DNA of 64,000 nt from an uncultured Prevotella sp. (lineage in GTDB: Bacteria > Bacteroidota > Bacteroidia > Bacteroidales > Bacteroidaceae). Both the position numbers and the translations under genes were made by a program. The notes beneath the pieces are model-generated. The model saw nothing but the letters and a program-made list of their open reading frames with translations. It was not told the origin of the DNA and searched no databases. The stretch spans positions 41,818-105,817 of the forward strand of contig CADBVZ010000003.1 in assembly GCA_902798285.1 (NCBI GenBank), written 5' to 3'. Positions 20,700 to 32,219 of this stretch are shown here, piece by piece (positions within the stretch are counted from its first letter, which is position 1; every line of letters begins with the position of its first letter).

Positions 20700-21233
20700 A
20701 TGAAGCGGGTACGTTGTCCGAAGTGTGATCAATACATTACGTTTGATGAAACGAAATATACTGCAGGCCAGTCACTAGTGTTTAAGTGTCCGGATTGCGG
20801 TAAGGAGTTTGGCATACGCATTGGTGTGAGCAAACTCCGCGAACGCCAAAAGGACGAGAATCCCGATGAACAAGCCAACGAGCAGGGATGTGGATCGGTA
20901 GTAGTGATCGAGAACGTGTTCCACTTTAAACAGGTAATCCCCCTACAGATGGGCGACAACGTGATAGGTCGCTATCAGAAGGGTAATCCGGCTAACGCCA
21001 CGTTCGAGACGGTGGATCCCAGCGTTGACCTGAACCACTGCACCATCAACGTGAGTCGCGACAAACGAGGTGGACTACGTTATACCCTGAAGGACAACAA
21101 CAGCAATACGGGCACCTTTGTGGACAATGTAGAATTAAGTCCCAAGGAACGTCGCGTGATTGAAGACGGCACACTATTTACTATCGGTGCTACGAGCATT
21201 ATTTTGCGCTCGGCAGATAGTAAAGACGAATAA
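20700..21233 (+). CDS. Zinc-ribbon + FHA domain protein
   Basis: CPKC...CPDC; NVIGR, H and GTFVD FHA-like motifs. Confidence 0.8.
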   Translation: MKRVRCPKCDQYITFDETKYTAGQSLVFKCPDCGKEFGIRIGVSKLRERQKDENPDEQANEQGCGSVVVIENVFHFKQVIPLQMGDNVIGRYQKGNPANATFETVDPSVDLNHCTINVSRDKRGGLRYTLKDNNSNTGTFVDNVELSPKERRVIEDGTLFTIGATSIILRSADSKDE

Positions 21234-21376
21234 AAATGCATCTTTTCTTTGCACCTTTGCCCAAAAATGGCAGAGAATGCCCATTTATGCAAAAAAAAGA
21301 ATAAATTCTTTTTGTATTGCGACTGAATTTTCGTACCTTTGCGCCTTGATAATTCAAAGGTAATTAAATAATTCAA

Positions 21377-22240
<864 letters not shown>

Positions 22241-22244
22241 AAAC

Positions 22245-22320
22245 AAACACAGAGAAATAAAGACACAGAGAGTCACGAAGAAATAAAGAAAATACTCTGT
22301 AACTCTGTACCTTTGTGTTT
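22245..22320. repeat. ACACAGAG...CTCTGTGT inverted-array element (related copies at 24420-24505 and 57872-57928)
   Basis: aaacacagag/acacagag repeats facing ctctgtaactctgtacctttgtgttt. Confidence 0.7.
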
Positions 22321-22335
22321 TTAAAATAGACAAGA

Positions 22336-22926
22336 ATGCAAGTAGCAATTGTAAAATATAACGCTGGCAATATCTATTCAGTGGTGAATGCACTGAAGAG
22401 ATTAGGGATTGACCCACTGCTGACGGACGATGCCGAGCAGCTGAAGAAGGCTGATAAGGTATTGTTCCCAGGACAAGGTCATGCTGGCGTAGCGATGGAC
22501 TATCTGAGAGCACGCAAGCTCGACGAGGTGATTCGCAATCTGAAGCAACCCGTATTCGGCATCTGTGTAGGACAGCAGCTGCTGTGCCGTCACTCTGAGG
22601 AGGGCGATACAGACTGCATCGGCATCTTCGACGCTGAGGTAAAGCGTTTCCAGCCTGAGCGCCACGAGGACAAAGTGCCCTGCATGGGATGGAATGAGCT
22701 AGAGGTAACGAATAACCCGATACTCAAGAATCTCGGTGCACATCCGTATGTGTACTTCGTGCATTCGTATTATGTTCCTGTTTGCAAGGAGACGATTGCA
22801 ACGGCGGATTATATTCTCCCCTACTCGGCCTCGATGCACAAGGATAATTTTTACACTTGCCAGTTCCATCCGGAAAAAAGTGGCAAAGTTGGTGAGCAAA
22901 TCCTTAAGAATTTCTTAGCGATATGA
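22336..22926 (+). CDS. hisH: Imidazole glycerol phosphate synthase, glutaminase subunit
   Basis: GICVGQQLL, YFVHSY and QFHPEKS motifs. Confidence 0.96.
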   Translation: MQVAIVKYNAGNIYSVVNALKRLGIDPLLTDDAEQLKKADKVLFPGQGHAGVAMDYLRARKLDEVIRNLKQPVFGICVGQQLLCRHSEEGDTDCIGIFDAEVKRFQPERHEDKVPCMGWNELEVTNNPILKNLGAHPYVYFVHSYYVPVCKETIATADYILPYSASMHKDNFYTCQFHPEKSGKVGEQILKNFLAI

Positions 22927-23642
22927 AGATAGAACTGATTCCCGCCATAGATATCATTAACGGCCAGTGCGTGAGACTGACCAAGGGTGACTATGATCAG
23001 AAGACCGTTTACGGCAATCCGCTGGACATGGCCCTTGAGTTCGAGCGCATCGGCTACAAACGACTCCACGTAGTAGATCTGGATGGCGCAAAATCCAAGC
23101 ACATCGTGAATGATGCTGTATTGCGCGAGATTACTTCGCAGACCAACCTCGTTGTCGACTTTGGTGGTGGCATCAAGACCGACGAAGATCTGGAGAAGGC
23201 TTTCGCCGCTGGCGCCAGCATGGTGACCGTTGGTTCGATAGCTGTTACCCAGCCCGAGTTGTTTATGGGATGGCTCGAGAAATATGGTGCTGAGCGCATG
23301 ATTCTGGGTGCCGACGTTCGCAACGGCAAGATCAGTATTAACGGATGGAAGGAGGATTCGAGCGAAGACCTGTTGCCCTTCTTACAGAAATACATCGATG
23401 CAGGCGTGAAGAACGTGCTCTGCACAGAGATTTCGAAGGATGGTACACTTGCAGGTCCTGCTATCGAACTCTATCGCGAAGTGATGGAGGCCTATCCTGA
23501 GTTGCATCTGATAGCCAGCGGTGGTGTATCATCGATGGAGGATATCAAGGCTTTGGATCAAGCAGGCATCCCAGCTGTGGTCTTCGGCAAAGCCATATAT
23601 GAAGGTCGAATCGACCTTCGTCAATTGATAATTGAAGATTGA
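22923..23642 (+). CDS. hisA: ProFAR isomerase
   Basis: IPAIDI..GQCVRL.KG, LHVVDLDGA and IASGG motifs. Confidence 0.96.
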   Translation: MKIELIPAIDIINGQCVRLTKGDYDQKTVYGNPLDMALEFERIGYKRLHVVDLDGAKSKHIVNDAVLREITSQTNLVVDFGGGIKTDEDLEKAFAAGASMVTVGSIAVTQPELFMGWLEKYGAERMILGADVRNGKISINGWKEDSSEDLLPFLQKYIDAGVKNVLCTEISKDGTLAGPAIELYREVMEAYPELHLIASGGVSSMEDIKALDQAGIPAVVFGKAIYEGRIDLRQLIIED

Positions 23643-23655
23643 AAATTGAAAGATA

Positions 23656-24414
23656 ATGGGTTTAGCAAAAAGAATAATACCCTGTTTGGATGTGAAGGAC
23701 GGTGAGACCGTTAAGGGCACCAACTTCGTAAACCTGCGCTCAGCAGGCGACCCAGTGGCACTGGGCAAAGCCTATAGCGAGCAGGGAGCTGACGAGTTGT
23801 GCTTCCTCGACATCACAGCCAGCTTCGAAGGTCGCAAGACGTTTACCGAAATGGTGACGCGAGTGGCTCAAGAAATAAATATCCCCTTCACTGTGGGCGG
23901 AGGCATCAACGAACTGGCCGATGTGGAGCGACTGCTCTATGCCGGAGCCGACAAGGTGAGTGTGAACTCTGCCGCCATCCGTCGCCCCGAACTCATCGAC
24001 GAGATTACCAATCGCTTCGGCTCGCAGGTGTGTGTATGTGCCATCGATGCCAGGTTTGATGCCGATGGCTGGCATTGTTACTTGAAAGGTGGCAGAGAGC
24101 GTACGGAACGAGGACTCTTCGAGTGGGCTCACGAGGCTCAGGAGCGTGGTGCAGGCGAGATTCTGTTCACATCGATGGATCACGATGGTGTGAAAGAGGG
24201 TTATGCCAACGAGGCTCTGCGCGAATTGGCCGATAACCTCTCAATACCTATCATCGCCAGCGGTGGTGCTGGTAAGAAGGAGCATTTCCGTGATACCTTC
24301 ATCGAGGGTCACTCGGATGCTGCCCTCGCAGCCAGCGTGTTCCACTTCGGCGAAATTCCCATCCCCGAATTAAAACAGTACCTCAAAGCAGAGGGCATTA
24401 ACGTAAGAATATAA
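23656..24414 (+). CDS. hisF: IGP synthase cyclase subunit
   Basis: [27 protein letters not shown] and ALAASVFH motifs. Confidence 0.97.
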   Translation: MGLAKRIIPCLDVKDGETVKGTNFVNLRSAGDPVALGKAYSEQGADELCFLDITASFEGRKTFTEMVTRVAQEINIPFTVGGGINELADVERLLYAGADKVSVNSAAIRRPELIDEITNRFGSQVCVCAIDARFDADGWHCYLKGGRERTERGLFEWAHEAQERGAGEILFTSMDHDGVKEGYANEALRELADNLSIPIIASGGAGKKEHFRDTFIEGHSDAALAASVFHFGEIPIPELKQYLKAEGINVRI

Positions 24415-24527
24415 ATTAAAACACAGAGAAACAAAGCTCCAAAGAGCCACAGAGAAATAAGGATAAAAACAAAGAAAAAACTCTGTATCTCTGTACCTCT
24501 GTGTTATAAATAAAAAAAACAAGAACA

Positions 24528-25172
24528 ATGAAAGTTGATTTTGAAAAGTGCGGAGGATTGGTTCCCGCCATTATCCAAGATGCTCAGACTAAGAACGTGC
24601 TGATGCTGGGCTATATGAACGAAGAGGCTCTGCAGAAGACCCTCGACACGAAGAAGGTAACCTTCTGGAGTCGCTCACGCCAATGTCTTTGGACCAAAGG
24701 CGAAACCAGTGGCAATTTCCTGCATCTAGTTGACATCAAGGTGGATTGCGACAACGATACCCTCTTGGTGAAGGCCCATCCCGATGGTCCTACTTGTCAC
24801 ACAGGTACCGATACTTGTTGGGGCGAGGAGAACAACAGCGGCGTAGCGTTCTTGAGCGAGTTGCAGGACTTTATCGACAAGCGTTATAAGGAGATGCCTA
24901 AGGGATCGTATACCACGAAGCTCTTCAAGGATGGCATCAACAAGATAGCCCAGAAGGTGGGCGAAGAGGCGCTGGAGACTGTGATCGAGGCCACCAACGG
25001 CACCAGCGATCATCTGATTTATGAGGCCAGCGACTTGCTGTATCACCTCACAGTGCTCCTCACGAGCAAGGGAATGCGCATAGAACAGGTAGCTGACGAG
25101 CTTCACAAGCGCCACGATCCCAACTGGGACAAGCAGCGTCGCGAGCTCAAAGCCGCCGGCAAGATGAAATAG
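24528..25172 (+). CDS. hisIE: Bifunctional phosphoribosyl-AMP cyclohydrolase/phosphoribosyl-ATP pyrophosphatase
   Basis: WTKGETSGN, DCDNDTL, CHTG..TC and KVGEEA.E motifs. Confidence 0.96.
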   Translation: MKVDFEKCGGLVPAIIQDAQTKNVLMLGYMNEEALQKTLDTKKVTFWSRSRQCLWTKGETSGNFLHLVDIKVDCDNDTLLVKAHPDGPTCHTGTDTCWGEENNSGVAFLSELQDFIDKRYKEMPKGSYTTKLFKDGINKIAQKVGEEALETVIEATNGTSDHLIYEASDLLYHLTVLLTSKGMRIEQVADELHKRHDPNWDKQRRELKAAGKMK

Positions 25173-25207
25173 TCAAATCGTGAAATCGTCAAATTGTAAA
25201 ATACAAG

Positions 25208-25912
25208 ATGATAGTAAATTATAAGAATGTATCGGTTTACCAGCGCTCGGGAGAGAAGATCCTGGAGGGCGTGAACCTCGAGGTAAACGAAGGCGAGTTC
25301 GTATATATCATCGGTCGCGTGGGCTCAGGAAAGAGTTCACTGCTCGAGACACTCTATTGCGAGCTCGATGTTGACGAGGCCGACGAGGCTACAGTGCTGG
25401 ATCACGATCTGCTGACCATTCGCCGCAAGGAAATTCCTGCGCTGCGCAGGGAACTGGGTGTGGTGTTCCAAGATTTCCAGTTGCTTCGCGAACGTACGGT
25501 TTACAAGAATCTGGAGTTTGTGCTGAAGGCCACAGGCTGGCACGATAAAGAGCGCATCAACGATCGCATAGGCGAAGTGCTAACCATGATAGGACTCGAG
25601 GATAAGGCCGATAAGATGCCCCACGAGCTCTCAGGTGGTGAGCAACAGCGCGTAGCCATCGCACGTGCCATTCTGAATAGTCCACAACTGATTATTGCCG
25701 ACGAGCCCACAGGCAATCTGGATCGCGATACTGCCGACAATATCATGCAACTGCTCAGAAGCATCTGCGAGAAAGGAACGGCTGTAATTATGACTACGCA
25801 CAATATGTCGCTGGTCAACAAGTATCCAGGCAAAGCGTTCCAGTGTCATAATGGCATTTTGGAGCAAGTGGTCGTCCGCAAGGCGAACGAAGCCAAGGAG
25901 GTAAAAGAGTAA
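25208..25912 (+). CDS. ftsE: FtsE-like ABC ATPase
   Basis: [31 protein letters not shown] and ADEPTGNLD motifs. Confidence 0.75.
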   Translation: MIVNYKNVSVYQRSGEKILEGVNLEVNEGEFVYIIGRVGSGKSSLLETLYCELDVDEADEATVLDHDLLTIRRKEIPALRRELGVVFQDFQLLRERTVYKNLEFVLKATGWHDKERINDRIGEVLTMIGLEDKADKMPHELSGGEQQRVAIARAILNSPQLIIADEPTGNLDRDTADNIMQLLRSICEKGTAVIMTTHNMSLVNKYPGKAFQCHNGILEQVVVRKANEAKEVKE

Positions 25913-25939
25913 AAATTTGAAAATTAAAATACTAGCTTT

Positions 25940-27259
25940 ATGAAAGTCATGAAATTCGGCGGAACTTCCGTCGGCACCCCACAGAGAATGAAAGAGGTAA
26001 CCCAGCTGGTTACCAAGTCTGGCGAACCCGTATTCGTTGTGCTCTCAGCTATGTCGGGCACCACCAACAGTCTTGTAGAGATTTCCGACTATCTCTACAA
26101 GAAGAACCCCGATGGCGCCAACGAGGTCATCAACCGTTTGGAGCAGAAGTACGACAAGCACATCGACGAGCTCTACAGCAAGGATGAGACCAAGGCCACA
26201 ACACGCGAGTTCCTGAAGAGCGAGTTCGATTATCTGCGCTCATTCACCAAGGAGCTCTTTACTTCTTTCGAGGAGAAGAGCATCGTGGCTCAGGGCGAGA
26301 TGATGTCAACCAATATGGTGGTAAACTACATGAACGAAATCGGCATCAAGGCCGTGCTGCTCAATGCGCTCGACTTCATGCGTACCGATAAGAACGCTGA
26401 GCCCGATCCCGTTTATATCAAGGAGAAGCTGGCCGCTCTGCTCAAGGAGAACGAGGGCGCTCAGGTGTACCTCACTCAGGGTTTCATCTGCCGCAATGCT
26501 TACGGCGAGATCGACAACCTGCAGCGTGGTGGTAGCGATTATACCGCATCGCTCATCGGTGCAGCCATCGGTGCTGAGGAGATTCAGATCTGGACCGATA
26601 TTGACGGCATGCACAATAACGATCCTCGCGTGGTCGATGGCACTGAGCCCGTTCACCAGCTGCACTTCGAGGAGGCTGCCGAGTTGGCTTACTTCGGTGC
26701 TAAGATCCTCCACCCCACTTGCGTTCAGCCTGCCAAGTATGCCGGCATTCCTGTGCGTCTGTTGAACACGATGGATCCCGATGCTGAAGGAACCACCATT
26801 TCTAATAAGACTGAGTATGGCAAGATTAAGGCCATCGCCGCTAAGGATAACATCACCGCTATCAAGATCAAGTCTTCACGCATGCTGCTGGCTACAGGTT
26901 TCCTGCGCAAGGTGTTCGAGATCTTCGAGAGCTATCAGACTCCTATCGATATGGTGTGCACATCCGAGGTTGGTGTATCCATGAGTATTGACAACAGCGC
27001 TCATCTGGGTGAGATTGTCGACGAGCTGAAGAAGTACGGCACAGTGACTGTTGATACCAACATGTGTATCATCTGCGTTGTTGGTGATCTTGACTGGAGC
27101 AACGTTGGTTTCGAAACCATCGCCCTCGATGCACTGAAGGATATCCCTGTGCGCATGGTGAGCTACGGTGGTTCTAACTACAACATCTCGTTCCTCATCC
27201 GCGAGGAGGACAAAAAGCGCGCCCTGCAGAAGCTGAGCGACACCATCTTCAAAAAGTAA
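25940..27259 (+). CDS. lysC: Aspartate kinase
   Basis: MKFGGTSV, RGGSDYTA and WTDIDG motifs; ACT domains. Confidence 0.95.
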   Translation: MKVMKFGGTSVGTPQRMKEVTQLVTKSGEPVFVVLSAMSGTTNSLVEISDYLYKKNPDGANEVINRLEQKYDKHIDELYSKDETKATTREFLKSEFDYLRSFTKELFTSFEEKSIVAQGEMMSTNMVVNYMNEIGIKAVLLNALDFMRTDKNAEPDPVYIKEKLAALLKENEGAQVYLTQGFICRNAYGEIDNLQRGGSDYTASLIGAAIGAEEIQIWTDIDGMHNNDPRVVDGTEPVHQLHFEEAAELAYFGAKILHPTCVQPAKYAGIPVRLLNTMDPDAEGTTISNKTEYGKIKAIAAKDNITAIKIKSSRMLLATGFLRKVFEIFESYQTPIDMVCTSEVGVSMSIDNSAHLGEIVDELKKYGTVTVDTNMCIICVVGDLDWSNVGFETIALDALKDIPVRMVSYGGSNYNISFLIREEDKKRALQKLSDTIFKK

Positions 27260-27289
27260 AAAGGTAAATAGGTAAGAAGGTAAAAAAAG

Positions 27290-28450
27290 ATGGCAAAAGG
27301 AATTTTCCCAGTAGAGAGGCTCAACGAGATAGAGACACCTTTCTACTACTACGACACAGAACTATTACGCCGTACGCTGAAGGCGATTAACGACGAGGCT
27401 GGCAAGCACGAGGGTTTCGTGGTGCATTATGCTGTAAAGGCTAATGCCAACCCTCGTATACTTCGCATCATCCGCGAGGCCGGTCTTGGAGCCGACTGCG
27501 TAAGTGGCGGTGAGATTGAGGCTTCGGTAAAAGCCGGAGTCCCCACGAATAAGATTGTCTACGCTGGTGTGGGCAAGAGCGATTGGGAAATCAATCTCGG
27601 ACTTGACAACGACATCTTCTGCTTCAACGTTGAGAGCATACCCGAACTCGAGGTGATCAACGAACTCGCAGTCAAGAAGGGCAAGGTGGCCCGTGTGGCC
27701 TTCCGCCTGAACCCCAATGTGGGTGCTCATACGCATGCCAACATCACCACGGGTCTGGCCGAGAATAAGTTCGGCATCGCCATGCGCGATATGGTAACCG
27801 TGATTCGCGAGGCCGAGAAACTTGAGAACGTCAAGTTCGTGGGTCTGCACTTCCACATCGGATCGCAGATTCTCGATATGGGCGACTTCGAGGCACTCTG
27901 TAATCGCGTCAACGAGTTGCAGCAGGAGCTTATCAGCCATCGCATCCGTGTAGAGCATATCAACGTGGGTGGCGGACTGGGTGTCGACTATGCACACCCC
28001 AACCGTGTGCCCATTCCAGACTTTAAGGCCTATTTCGATACCTACGCCAAGAAGCTGAAGCTGCAGCCCGGACAAACCCTGCACTTCGAATTGGGTCGCG
28101 CTGTGGTGGCCCAGTGTGGCAGTCTCATCACACGTACCTTATATATAAAGGAGGGTGCCGTGAAGAAATTCGCCATCGTCGATGCAGGATTCACCGATCT
28201 CATTCGTCCGGCGCTGTATCAGGCTTACCACAAGATCGAGAACATCTCGAGCGACGAGCCTATGGAGGCTTACGATGTGGTGGGTCCCATCTGCGAATCG
28301 ACCGATGTATTCGCCAAGCAGATTGACTTGAACAAAGCCAAGCGTGGCGACCTGTTGGCCATTCGCTCAGCTGGTGCCTATGGCGAGATCATGGCCTCGC
28401 AGTACAACCTTCGCAAACTACCCAAAGGGTATATGAGCGACGAAATCTAA
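27290..28450 (+). CDS. lysA: Diaminopimelate decarboxylase
   Basis: YAVKAN, HFHIGSQ, GPICES.D and GAYG..MAS.YN motifs. Confidence 0.96.
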   Translation: MAKGIFPVERLNEIETPFYYYDTELLRRTLKAINDEAGKHEGFVVHYAVKANANPRILRIIREAGLGADCVSGGEIEASVKAGVPTNKIVYAGVGKSDWEINLGLDNDIFCFNVESIPELEVINELAVKKGKVARVAFRLNPNVGAHTHANITTGLAENKFGIAMRDMVTVIREAEKLENVKFVGLHFHIGSQILDMGDFEALCNRVNELQQELISHRIRVEHINVGGGLGVDYAHPNRVPIPDFKAYFDTYAKKLKLQPGQTLHFELGRAVVAQCGSLITRTLYIKEGAVKKFAIVDAGFTDLIRPALYQAYHKIENISSDEPMEAYDVVGPICESTDVFAKQIDLNKAKRGDLLAIRSAGAYGEIMASQYNLRKLPKGYMSDEI

Positions 28451-28462
28451 AGAAACAAAATA

Positions 28463-29131
28463 ATGAACAAAGACAAACGCAGTTTCTCAGTCATTATGCC
28501 TGTATGCGATCAGGCAGTGGAGTTGGAGCAGAACTTGCCCGCATTCCTCACGCAGGAGTACGAGCCTGGCTACGAAGTGATTGTGGTGGATGAGAATTCA
28601 ACCGACAACACTGAGGATGTACTGAAACTTCTGAAGCAAGACTATCCTCACCTCTACTCTACCTTCCTGCCCAAGCCGCATATGCAGACATTACGCCATA
28701 AGAATGCCTTAAACATCGGTTCTAAAGCCGCTAAGAATGAGTGGATTATCATAGCGAAGATCAATAGGGCTCCAAGCACTAACGACCTGCTGAAGGCCAT
28801 CAACGACATATTCGACGACTATGCAGCCATCACCCTGGGCTACATTGAGAAAAAGGGTGTACGACTGCAACCTTTCGCCACCGTTGACGAAGCTGCCAAC
28901 CGCATCACGAAGACAGAGCGCAAGCTGACTAAGGTCGTAGCGCGCGATGCTCGTGTGAGCTACTGGTGGGGGCGTTATGACATCATCATTCTGCCCAAGA
29001 AGAACCTCATCGACATGCTACAATATTTCGAACAGAAAGTGTCGAGTTTCAAGCTGCTCTTCATGCGCCTCGGCATTCTGAACGATAGTATCTGGCGTCG
29101 AGGTTCCACCACCCTGCTCGTTACCACTTAG
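28463..29131 (+). CDS. GT2-like glycosyltransferase (divergent)
   Basis: FSVIMPV, YEVIVVDENSTDNT and KNALNIG motifs. Confidence 0.7.
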   Translation: MNKDKRSFSVIMPVCDQAVELEQNLPAFLTQEYEPGYEVIVVDENSTDNTEDVLKLLKQDYPHLYSTFLPKPHMQTLRHKNALNIGSKAAKNEWIIIAKINRAPSTNDLLKAINDIFDDYAAITLGYIEKKGVRLQPFATVDEAANRITKTERKLTKVVARDARVSYWWGRYDIIILPKKNLIDMLQYFEQKVSSFKLLFMRLGILNDSIWRRGSTTLLVTT

Positions 29132-29160
29132 GCCCTATTCCAAACACATCAAAGAAGCCC

Positions 29161-30228
29161 ATGAAAGTCCTGCATGTTTACCCCGAATCCGATCAGCTGA
29201 TTCAGCGTCACGTGACGATGCTGACCGATGGTCTGCGCCAGAGTTGTCAGGTGTATACAGCGGGTAATCCTGTTTCAGCCCGACTGCAGCTGAAGCAACT
29301 CGATCCCGACATCGTGCATGTGCATGGGTGCAATCAGTTCTTTCTCTTGCGCACCATGCGCTCGGCAGGTAATATGGGCATCCGCACAGTGCTCACCCTT
29401 CACGGCCAGCTCGAGCCCTGGGTGGAGCAACAGCAGCGCACACAGGATAAGGCCAGCCGCTGGCTGCTGCTCAAGGATGCCGTGAGCCATGCTTACGCCG
29501 TTATCACTCTCGGCCGTTTGGAGCGCACCAATTTCGAGAAGATGCATTGGAATCGTCGCACGGAGGAGATCCACAACGCTGTGATTACCAACGCCACCAA
29601 CGCGCAGGAGATGGCCACCCTCACCTTCGCCATTTATCAGAAGGTGATCGACTCGAACACCCTCGAGCAGATGGACGAGGTAAGCACTGCTACACTCGCA
29701 GCCATCCTGAAGGCTGGCATCATGGGCGACCGCCGATGGGTGAGCGAGTTGCCTAATACCAGTCCCGACTGGCGCCGATTACTCATTTACGCCGAACAGG
29801 AGAATATCCGCAACTACGTGGACTATGGCATCAATATCCTGGGCCTCCAGACACCCATGCTCGACACCAGTTGCATCGAGGCTTATTTTCCAGATAACTA
29901 CCTGAAGCCCAAGCCGTTGAAGGAAGTCATCGGCGAGTATCAGGGCGACGAAAACGAATACATCCTGCGCATCATCCGCCAGATAGAGCGCCAGCCGCTG
30001 CTGCTGCATCTCATCGAACTCACACGCGAACTCTATCGCGACAATGTCGATGACGACAAACTCACCGAAATGCTCGAGGAGAAGAATCTCTTGGGCTTTG
30101 CCGGGCGACTCATGCAGGTGCTCAGCGAGCAGGTGTTGCTCGACGAAGGCTACATGCCCCTCGACCCCATCGACGACAAACAGACCGAACATTTACGCAA
30201 ACTTCTAACTAATCACTTGAAGATATGA
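29161..30228 (+). CDS. GT4 N-terminal-like domain fused to an unknown helical domain
   Basis: MKVLHV, PDIVHVHG and VLTLHGQLEPW motifs. Confidence 0.65.
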   Translation: MKVLHVYPESDQLIQRHVTMLTDGLRQSCQVYTAGNPVSARLQLKQLDPDIVHVHGCNQFFLLRTMRSAGNMGIRTVLTLHGQLEPWVEQQQRTQDKASRWLLLKDAVSHAYAVITLGRLERTNFEKMHWNRRTEEIHNAVITNATNAQEMATLTFAIYQKVIDSNTLEQMDEVSTATLAAILKAGIMGDRRWVSELPNTSPDWRRLLIYAEQENIRNYVDYGINILGLQTPMLDTSCIEAYFPDNYLKPKPLKEVIGEYQGDENEYILRIIRQIERQPLLLHLIELTRELYRDNVDDDKLTEMLEEKNLLGFAGRLMQVLSEQVLLDEGYMPLDPIDDKQTEHLRKLLTNHLKI

Positions 30229-32219
30229 CTACTCATCATCATCCCACACAGGCCGACATGCACTATCTGCAGTTGCTCTCGCAGTCGTTCCCCACCATCG
30301 CCGCCGCCTCTACCGAGATCATCAATCTCGAGGCCATCATGGCGCTGCCCAAGGGCACCGAGCACTTTCTAGCCGATATCCACGGCGAGAGCGAGGCCTT
30401 CCGCCACATCCTGAAGAATGCCTCCGGCAACATCAAGCGTAAGGTGAACGAGCTCTTCGGCAATGACATCCGTGAGAGCGAGAAGAAGGAGCTCTGCACG
30501 CTCATCTACTATCCCGAGCAGAAGCTCGAGCTCATCAAGGCGCGCGAGGAGGATCTGGAGGACTGGTATCGCATCACCATCCATCAGCTGGTAAAAGTGT
30601 GTCGCGATGTATCTTCGAAATACACACGCTCCAAGGTGCGCAAGTCGCTACCCGAGGAGTTCTCGTATATCATCCAGGAGTTGCTCCACGAGAGCCTCTC
30701 CGATATCGACAAGGCCGCTTACGTCAGCGTCATTGTCAACACCATTATTTCTACCGGTCGTGCCGATGATTTCATCTGCGCCATCTGTAACGTCATCCAG
30801 CGTCTGGCCATCGACCAGCTGCATATCCTTGGCGACATCTACGATCGCGGTCCTGGTGCCCACATCATCATGGACACCCTGCGCCAATATCACTCGTGGG
30901 ATATCCAGTGGGGCAATCACGACATCCTGTGGATGGGCGCTTCGGCTGGCAATGATGCCTGTATCTGCAATGTGCTGCGTCTCTCGCTGCGTTATGCCAA
31001 CCTCGCCACCATCGAGGAGTACGGCATCAACCTCGTGCCGCTGGCCACCTTCGCCCTCGAGGCTTATAAGGATGATCCCTGCGAGGAGTTCATGCCCAAG
31101 CTGCTGCCTGGCAATCAGATGGACGAGAAAACCCAGCTGCTCACGGCCAAGATGCACAAGGCCATCGCCGTGATTCAGTTCAAGGAGGAGGCCGCCATCT
31201 TCAGCCGCCGTTCTGAGTGGCAGATGCAGAACCGCATGCTCTTCTCGGCTGTCGACTATAAGCGTGGCGTATGCACCATCGATGGCAAGGAGTACGAGAT
31301 GAAGAGTTGCCACTTCCCCACTGTCGATCCTGCCAATCCCAACGCTCTCACTCCTGAGGAGACCGATCTGATGCAAAAGCTCCATCACTCGTTCCGCATC
31401 TGCGAGAAACTCAAGAAACACGTGCGCACCATGCTCTCTCATGGTTGCATGTATACCGTCAGCAATTCCAATCTCCTCTTCCACGCCAGCTGTCCTCTCA
31501 ACGACGATGGCTCACTAAAGGAGGTAGAAATTTATCCTGGTGTCAGCTATAGCGGCAAAGACCTCATGCACAACATCGGCATGATGATCCGTGCAGCCTT
31601 CACCCAGGGCAACGCCGAGAGCACTGAGGAATACCCCAAGGACTATGCGCGCGACTACTTCCTATACCTCTGGTGTGGTCCCGACTCCCCCCTCTTCGAT
31701 AAGTCGAAGATGGCCACCTTCGAGCGCTATTTCCTCAAGGATAAGGACACCTATAAGGAGGAGAAAGGCAACTACTTCAAGCTGCGCGACTCTGAGCAGG
31801 TGTGCGATCGTATCCTCGATGCCTTCGGCGTCAAGGGTCAGGTGCGCCACATCATCAATGGCCACGTGCCCGTTCATGCCTCTAAGGGCGAGAACCCCAT
31901 CAAGGCTGGTGGCCGACTCATGGTGATCGATGGCGGTTTCTCTGAGGCCTATCATCACGAAACCGGTATCGCCGGCTACACGCTGGTGTATCACTCTCGC
32001 GGCTTCCAACTCGTTCAGCACGAGCCGTTCACCTCCATGCAGGATGCCATCGTGCGCGAGATCGACATCAAGTCTACCACCCAGATTATCGAGATGTCAG
32101 CCCATCGTATGCTGGTGGCCGATACCGATAAGGGCGAGGAACTCAAGGCGCAGGTGGCCGATCTGAAGCAGCTGCTCTACGCCTATCGTCATGGCATCAT
32201 TAAGGAACAGCGCATCTAA
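30225..32219 (+). CDS. fbp: Fructose-1,6-bisphosphatase class III
   Basis: LPKGTEHF..DIHGE, GDIYDRGP, QWGNHD and IDGGFS.AY...TGIAGYTL motifs. Confidence 0.95.
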   Translation: MTTHHHPTQADMHYLQLLSQSFPTIAAASTEIINLEAIMALPKGTEHFLADIHGESEAFRHILKNASGNIKRKVNELFGNDIRESEKKELCTLIYYPEQKLELIKAREEDLEDWYRITIHQLVKVCRDVSSKYTRSKVRKSLPEEFSYIIQELLHESLSDIDKAAYVSVIVNTIISTGRADDFICAICNVIQRLAIDQLHILGDIYDRGPGAHIIMDTLRQYHSWDIQWGNHDILWMGASAGNDACICNVLRLSLRYANLATIEEYGINLVPLATFALEAYKDDPCEEFMPKLLPGNQMDEKTQLLTAKMHKAIAVIQFKEEAAIFSRRSEWQMQNRMLFSAVDYKRGVCTIDGKEYEMKSCHFPTVDPANPNALTPEETDLMQKLHHSFRICEKLKKHVRTMLSHGCMYTVSNSNLLFHASCPLNDDGSLKEVEIYPGVSYSGKDLMHNIGMMIRAAFTQGNAESTEEYPKDYARDYFLYLWCGPDSPLFDKSKMATFERYFLKDKDTYKEEKGNYFKLRDSEQVCDRILDAFGVKGQVRHIINGHVPVHASKGENPIKAGGRLMVIDGGFSEAYHHETGIAGYTLVYHSRGFQLVQHEPFTSMQDAIVREIDIKSTTQIIEMSAHRMLVADTDKGEELKAQVADLKQLLYAYRHGIIKEQRI

